Part shown: positions 54,240-64,000 of the stretch, one piece after another
Position numbering within the stretch: the first letter of the stretch is position 1
Layout: the number at the start of each line of letters is the position of its first letter
From: Burkholderiales bacterium
GTDB lineage: Bacteria > Pseudomonadota > Gammaproteobacteria > Burkholderiales > SG8-41
Reading direction: 5' to 3'
DNA length: 64,000 bases
Assembly (NCBI GenBank): GCA_019744975.1
Contig: JAIETP010000020.1
Location: 83,307 to 147,306 of the forward strand
Made by a program: the position numbers and the translations under genes
Notes under the pieces: model-generated
Database searches by the model: none
Told to the model about the DNA's origin: nothing
What the model saw: only the letters and a program-made list of their open reading frames with translations

Positions 54240-55060
54240 TAAATCCGCCGCTCCAGCTTGGCTTCCTGCAGGATGGTGGTAGCCAGCTCCTCCACCGATT
54301 TGCTGGTGGCATCGAGGTAGGGAATGCCTTCCTGGCGCATCAATGCTTCGGCTTCGCGCACTTCAAATTCGCAGTTGGTCAGGGTGGCGTACTTGCTGCC
54401 GGGGCGGCGTTCGTTGCGGATCTGTTGCAGGCGGGCGGGGCGGATGGTCAGCCCGTAGAGCCGGCCGCGCAGCGTTTTGATCTGCGCCGGCAGCTGCATG
54501 GTGCTGAAATCTTCCGGAATCAGCGGATAGTTGGCGGCACGGATGCCGAATTGCATGGCCAGATAGAGGCAGGTCGGCGTTTTGCCGCAACGTGAGACAC
54601 CGACCAGGATGATGTCGGCTTCGGTCAGTTCACGTTTGGACACACCGTCATCGTGCGACAGCGCGTAATTCACGGCTTCGATCCGGTGGTGGTAGTTGAC
54701 GAAATCCTCGGTGCTGTGCGAGCGGCCGATGGCATGGGAGGCCTTGACACCCAGTTCCCGCTCCAGCGGTGCAATAAAAATCTCAAAGGAATCAAGGAAC
54801 AAAGCCTTGGCGGTGGCCACGATGCCGGCAATTTCCGTGTTCACCAAGGTGCTGATCACAATGGGCCGGACGCCGTCAGCGGTGCCGGTATCGTTGATTT
54901 GCCGGACAAATGCCCGGGCTTTTTCCGCGGAATCGACGAATGGCACCGTGACTTCCTTGAGGCGGACGCCGTCAAACTGGGTCAGCAGGCTGTGGCCGAG
55001 CATTTCCGCAGTGATGCCGGTGCGATCGGAAACAAAAAAAGCAGTGCGGGAGGTGTTCAT
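54236..55060 (-). CDS. ppsR: PEP synthase regulatory protein (DUF299 kinase/pyrophosphorylase)
   Basis: [22 protein letters not shown]; divergent from ppsA. Confidence 0.93.
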   Translation of the reverse strand: MNTSRTAFFVSDRTGITAEMLGHSLLTQFDGVRLKEVTVPFVDSAEKARAFVRQINDTGTADGVRPIVISTLVNTEIAGIVATAKALFLDSFEIFIAPLERELGVKASHAIGRSHSTEDFVNYHHRIEAVNYALSHDDGVSKRELTEADIILVGVSRCGKTPTCLYLAMQFGIRAANYPLIPEDFSTMQLPAQIKTLRGRLYGLTIRPARLQQIRNERRPGSKYATLTNCEFEVREAEALMRQEGIPYLDATSKSVEELATTILQEAKLERRIY

Positions 55061-55144
55061 GCTCGGAACCGGTGTGGGGATTCGGTAAAATATCGCCTTT
55101 TGACGCGGCTTACAATCAAGCGGCTACTATTCAAGGGAATCGGC

Positions 55145-59276
<4,132 letters not shown>

Positions 59277-59305
59277 GCCGGATTTAATATGAATGCTTTG
59301 CAGTC

Positions 59306-60139
59306 ATGAAGCTTTGCGGATTCGAGGCAGGGCTGGACCGGCCGATGTTCCTGATCGCGGGCCCCGATACTCTCGAAAGCGAACAGATGTGCCTTGATGT
59401 CGCGGGCCATCTGAAGGAACAAACCGCAAAGCTGGGCATGCCTTATGTCTTCAAGGGTTCCTTCGACAAGGCCAACCGTACCTCGGGCAAAAGCTACCGC
59501 GGCCCCGGTGTGGAAGAGGGGCTGCGTATCCTCGAGTCGGTGCAGCGCCAGATTGGCGTGCCGGTGCTGACTGATGTGCACGAGGACACGCCGCTCGCCG
59601 AAGTCGCGGCGGTGGTTGATGTGATCCAGACGCCGGCCTTCCTGTGCCGGCAGACCAATTTCATCCGCAGCGTGGCGAGCCAGCGCAAACCGGTGAACAT
59701 CAAGAAAGGGCAGTTCCTGTCGCCCTGGGAGATGGCCAATGTGGTCGAAAAGGCGCGCAGCACCGGCAATGAGCAGATCATGGTCTGCGAGCGCGGTTTC
59801 AGCTTTGGTTACAACAATCTTGTTGTCGACATGCGCGGCCTGGCGGTCATGCGCGGCAGCGGATGTCCGGTCGTGTTCGACGCGACCCATTCGGTGCAGC
59901 TGCCCGGCGGGCAGGGCAACGCCAGCGGCGGTCAGCGCGAACACATTCCGGTGCTGGCGCGCGCCGCAGTGGCCGCCGGCGTGTCGGGTGTGTTCATGGA
60001 AACCCATCCCAAACCGGACGATGCCCTCTGCGACGGCCCTAATTCCTGGCCGCTGTCGATGATGGGTGAACTGCTGGAAACGCTTCATGCCCTTGATGCG
60101 GCAGTCAAGGGTCGTCGTTTCGTCGAGCAGCATGTATAA
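59306..60139 (+). CDS. kdsA: KDO 8-phosphate synthase
   Basis: [33 protein letters not shown]. Confidence 0.96.
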   Translation: MKLCGFEAGLDRPMFLIAGPDTLESEQMCLDVAGHLKEQTAKLGMPYVFKGSFDKANRTSGKSYRGPGVEEGLRILESVQRQIGVPVLTDVHEDTPLAEVAAVVDVIQTPAFLCRQTNFIRSVASQRKPVNIKKGQFLSPWEMANVVEKARSTGNEQIMVCERGFSFGYNNLVVDMRGLAVMRGSGCPVVFDATHSVQLPGGQGNASGGQREHIPVLARAAVAAGVSGVFMETHPKPDDALCDGPNSWPLSMMGELLETLHALDAAVKGRRFVEQHV

Positions 60140-61447
<1,308 letters not shown>

Positions 61448-61473
61448 GCCGTTTCCGCAGGCCGCCTGACGCC

Positions 61474-61764
61474 ATGCGGCTGCTGGTAATTGCACTCAGC
61501 GGACTGATCCTGCTGATCCAATACCCGCTCTGGTTGGGCAAGGGTGGCCTGCTGCGAGTCTGGGAAATGGAACGCCAGATTGAATCGCAACGGCAGATCA
61601 ACGCCGGTCTGCAGGCACGCAATGCCGCGCTGGATGCCGAGGTCCGTGACCTGAAGAAGGGGCTGGAAGCGGTCGAGGAGCGGGCACGCAACGAGTTGGG
61701 CATGATCCGGCGCGACGAGATTTTTTTTCAGCTGCCCGGGGACGCAACGCCTAGATCGCGCTGA
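61474..61764 (+). CDS. ftsB: Cell division protein FtsB
   Basis: [11 protein letters not shown], coiled coil, [11 protein letters not shown]; directly after eno. Confidence 0.93.
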   Translation: MRLLVIALSGLILLIQYPLWLGKGGLLRVWEMERQIESQRQINAGLQARNAALDAEVRDLKKGLEAVEERARNELGMIRRDEIFFQLPGDATPRSR

Positions 61765-61888
61765 CGCGAGATTGGCCGTTTCCCACCAAGCGTGAAAGCC
61801 GTTTCTTTTTGAAACAATTCACAAGGTATCAAACGGCTCCAGGCTGATGACGCCTTGATTTCACAGCTTGTCTTGTAAAGCAAGCTAT

Positions 61889-61904
61889 TGGCATGAATCG
61901 TGCA
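61889..61904 (+). promoter_or_regulatory. Sigma54 (-24/-12) promoter for the Rieske oxygenase operon
   Basis: TGGCATGAATCGTGCA has exact GG-N10-GC spacing, about 55 bp upstream of ATG 61960. Confidence 0.6.
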
Positions 61905-61959
61905 TGGTCTTGCATAATCGATTTTCATATTTTCGCTATTGACTGAAGGAGGAATCGCC

Positions 61960-63168
61960 ATGTCCAAAACCGCAGCCCAGTGGCATGAAACGCCCAAGTT
62001 TCCGTCTTCACATTACGTCGATAGCCGCATCTACACGGATCAGCAACTGTTCGATGAAGAGCGGCAGAAAATTTTCAACAAAACCTGGTATATCGCGTGC
62101 CACGAATCGGAAATCCCCAATGCTTTTGATTACCGTACTTTTCAGCATCCTGGCGGCACACCTCTGATTATTGTCCGCGGCGAGGACATGAAGGTGCGGG
62201 CTTTCTACAATATCTGCCCGCACCGCGGCAACACGCTGCTCTACGATCCCAGCGGCAATGCGAAACGGATTACCTGCATTTTTCACGCATGGTCTTTTGA
62301 TACGCAGGGAAACTGCACCGATATTTCGCGCGAAGAACAGGGATATCAAAAGCGCTTCTGCAAGGCCGATGCCGCATTGCGTGAAGTCAAATCAGAATTG
62401 GGTTATGGCGGTTTTGTCTGGATCAACGTTGACGATAATTGCGTGCCGCTGAAAACTTTTGTCGGTGATGCAATGGGTGAGCTTGATCCATATATCGGAA
62501 TGCCGCTGGAGGTGTTTCACTATCACCGTGCGATTGTCGATACCAACTTCAAGCTGTGGCATGACACCAACAGTGAGTTCTATCACGACTACATGCATTA
62601 CTTCAACCGGGTAACCGGCATGATGCAGCCCGGCTACTTTGACCGTAAATGCGTGGGCTATGACAATGGACATGTACTCGTAGGATCGATGGAAATAAAA
62701 TACGATGCCTACTCGGGCAGCAAGGAGCGGGGCATCGGCTGGCCGGGACTGGCGCAGGGTGGCTGGATACTGATTGATCTGTTCCCCGGCCTGACCTACA
62801 ACCTGCGTACTTCGGTACTGCGCATGGACACGATGATCCCGTTGTCGCCAAATAAAGTGATGATCGAGTATCGCGGACTTGGATTGAAAAGTGACAGTCC
62901 GGCAGAGCGTGCCCAGCGCATTTTCGATCACAACACGATCTGGGGCCCGTTCGGCAGGAACCTTCACGAAGATCTTCTGGGTGTGCATGGCCAGGGTCGC
63001 GCCATGCGCCCCGGTACCGACAGTCGCTGGGTGCTGCAAGGGCGCGAGGAAAACTCGACTATTCATGATGAAGTCGGCATGCGTCATTACTATGCCGAGT
63101 GGAGCAGGCTGATGGGACGCAAGGCGTTTGATCCTTACGGCGAACGTCGTGTGTCTGCGGCGGCATAA
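61960..63168 (+). CDS. Rieske oxygenase alpha subunit, methanesulfonate monooxygenase MsmA-like
   Basis: CPH-X17-CIFH Rieske motif, DTNSEFYHDYMH iron site, GGAGG RBS; paired with an MsmB-like subunit. Confidence 0.8.
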   Translation: MSKTAAQWHETPKFPSSHYVDSRIYTDQQLFDEERQKIFNKTWYIACHESEIPNAFDYRTFQHPGGTPLIIVRGEDMKVRAFYNICPHRGNTLLYDPSGNAKRITCIFHAWSFDTQGNCTDISREEQGYQKRFCKADAALREVKSELGYGGFVWINVDDNCVPLKTFVGDAMGELDPYIGMPLEVFHYHRAIVDTNFKLWHDTNSEFYHDYMHYFNRVTGMMQPGYFDRKCVGYDNGHVLVGSMEIKYDAYSGSKERGIGWPGLAQGGWILIDLFPGLTYNLRTSVLRMDTMIPLSPNKVMIEYRGLGLKSDSPAERAQRIFDHNTIWGPFGRNLHEDLLGVHGQGRAMRPGTDSRWVLQGREENSTIHDEVGMRHYYAEWSRLMGRKAFDPYGERRVSAAA

Positions 63169-63180
63169 AAAAGCAAGACC

Positions 63181-63639
63181 ATGGATCGTACCGCTATTCA
63201 GGACGTGATTTACCAAACATGTCTGCTGCTTGACGAAAAGAATTTTGACGCTTTTCTTGATCTGTGCGATGACGAATTCCGATACACGATCACCACGTAC
63301 AGCACGGAGATCCGCAAAGACATGATCTGGCTGGATCACGATAAAAAAGGCATGCGGAATCTGTTTGATCAGTTGCCGCGTCATAACAGTGATCATTCCC
63401 CGATTACACGGCACGCCACCGTGTACAAGGTGGAGGTGGATGAAGGGCGCAGGGAAGCCAGCGCGGTGAGCGTGCTTCAGGTCTACAAAACAGATCTGGA
63501 TGGCGGTGCGACGACCCTGTTCGCGGTGGGCAAGTATGTCGATACGATCAAACTCGACAGCGGGAAACCCAGACTGGTGAAACGCGTTGTCAAACTGGAT
63601 ACCCGGATGTTGGGCATCGGCTATCACATTCCGTTTTAA
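63181..63639 (+). CDS. Oxygenase beta subunit, MsmB-like (NTF2 fold)
   Basis: YSTEIRKDMIWLDHD...LPRHNSDHSP motif resembles MsmB as I recall it; ends LGIGYHIPF. Confidence 0.78.
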   Translation: MDRTAIQDVIYQTCLLLDEKNFDAFLDLCDDEFRYTITTYSTEIRKDMIWLDHDKKGMRNLFDQLPRHNSDHSPITRHATVYKVEVDEGRREASAVSVLQVYKTDLDGGATTLFAVGKYVDTIKLDSGKPRLVKRVVKLDTRMLGIGYHIPF

Positions 63640-63684
63640 TGCTGCTTTTTTTGCATGGCACTTTGAGGCGGTTGCGGTCAGAAT

Positions 63685-64000
63685 ATGAAAATCCAAGTTA
63701 ATGCGCGCAATCGCGCATACCGGTTCAGTGTCGCAGAGGGGCAGCGCATCCTCTACGGTGGCCTTGCCGACGGCATAAATCTGCCTTATGAGTGCGGCAG
63801 CGGCACTTGCGGCACCTGCAAGGCGCGAGTGACTGCCGGCCAAATCGACGATCTGTGGCCTGAGGCTCCGGGACGCAAGTACCTGAAGCAGCCGGGCGAA
63901 TTCCTGATGTGTCAGTGTACGGCTCGGGGTGACATAAGCCTGGAAGTCACCAATTTCGTTTATACCGCCGATCCGGGAGCCTGCCGGCCTTTGCCGGGCC
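63685..64000 (+). CDS. Ferredoxin-NAD(P) reductase component (MsmD-like), N-terminal 2Fe-2S domain, 3'-truncated
   Basis: Manual translation MKIQVNARN...PYECGSGTCGTCK...FLMCQC: plant-type C-X4-C-X2-C...C; frame stays open to window end. Confidence 0.8.
   Translation, partial: MKIQVNARNRAYRFSVAEGQRILYGGLADGINLPYECGSGTCGTCKARVTAGQIDDLWPEAPGRKYLKQPGEFLMCQCTARGDISLEVTNFVYTADPGACRPLPG

Overview
GC-rich betaproteobacterial chromosome segment (taxonomy inferred from gene order: ffs-dnaX-ybaB-recR, smc-zipA-ligA, rpsB...rnhB-trmH-ppsR-ppsA). From 10.6 to 61.8 kb it is mostly housekeeping genes (dap, smc, glnD/map, the rpsB-tsf-pyrH-frr-uppS-cdsA-dxr-rseP-bamA-skp-lpx cluster, ppsA, pyrG-kdsA-eno-ftsB). 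Accessory parts: (i) 1-1.9 kb, tail of an sHdr-LbpA sulfur-oxidation cluster with a BigR/SqrR/SoxR-type ArsR regulator; (ii) 2-10.4 kb, an AurF-like diiron oxygenase convergent on a minus-strand run of acs, small membrane protein, SLC5/STAC histidine kinase, lone receiver, LLM monooxygenase and SDR; (iii) 13.5-17.1 kb, a Slam/DUF560-like outer-membrane protein with a FecR-domain putative cargo; (iv) 51-53.4 kb, divergent senB/senA selenoneine genes; (v) 62-64 kb, an msmAB-like Rieske monooxygenase behind a sigma54-type promoter. Signals not explained by the gene list: an AT-rich 18-22 bp IHF-consensus-like motif in six copies about 10 kb apart (one inside ligA), a 76-78 bp structured intergenic repeat in two copies 33 kb apart, and an unannotated 18-aa His/Cys-rich uORF whose stop overlaps the LLM start codon. 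Several start codons were revised by eye from the ORF track. All product calls come from motif recognition; no database searches were run.
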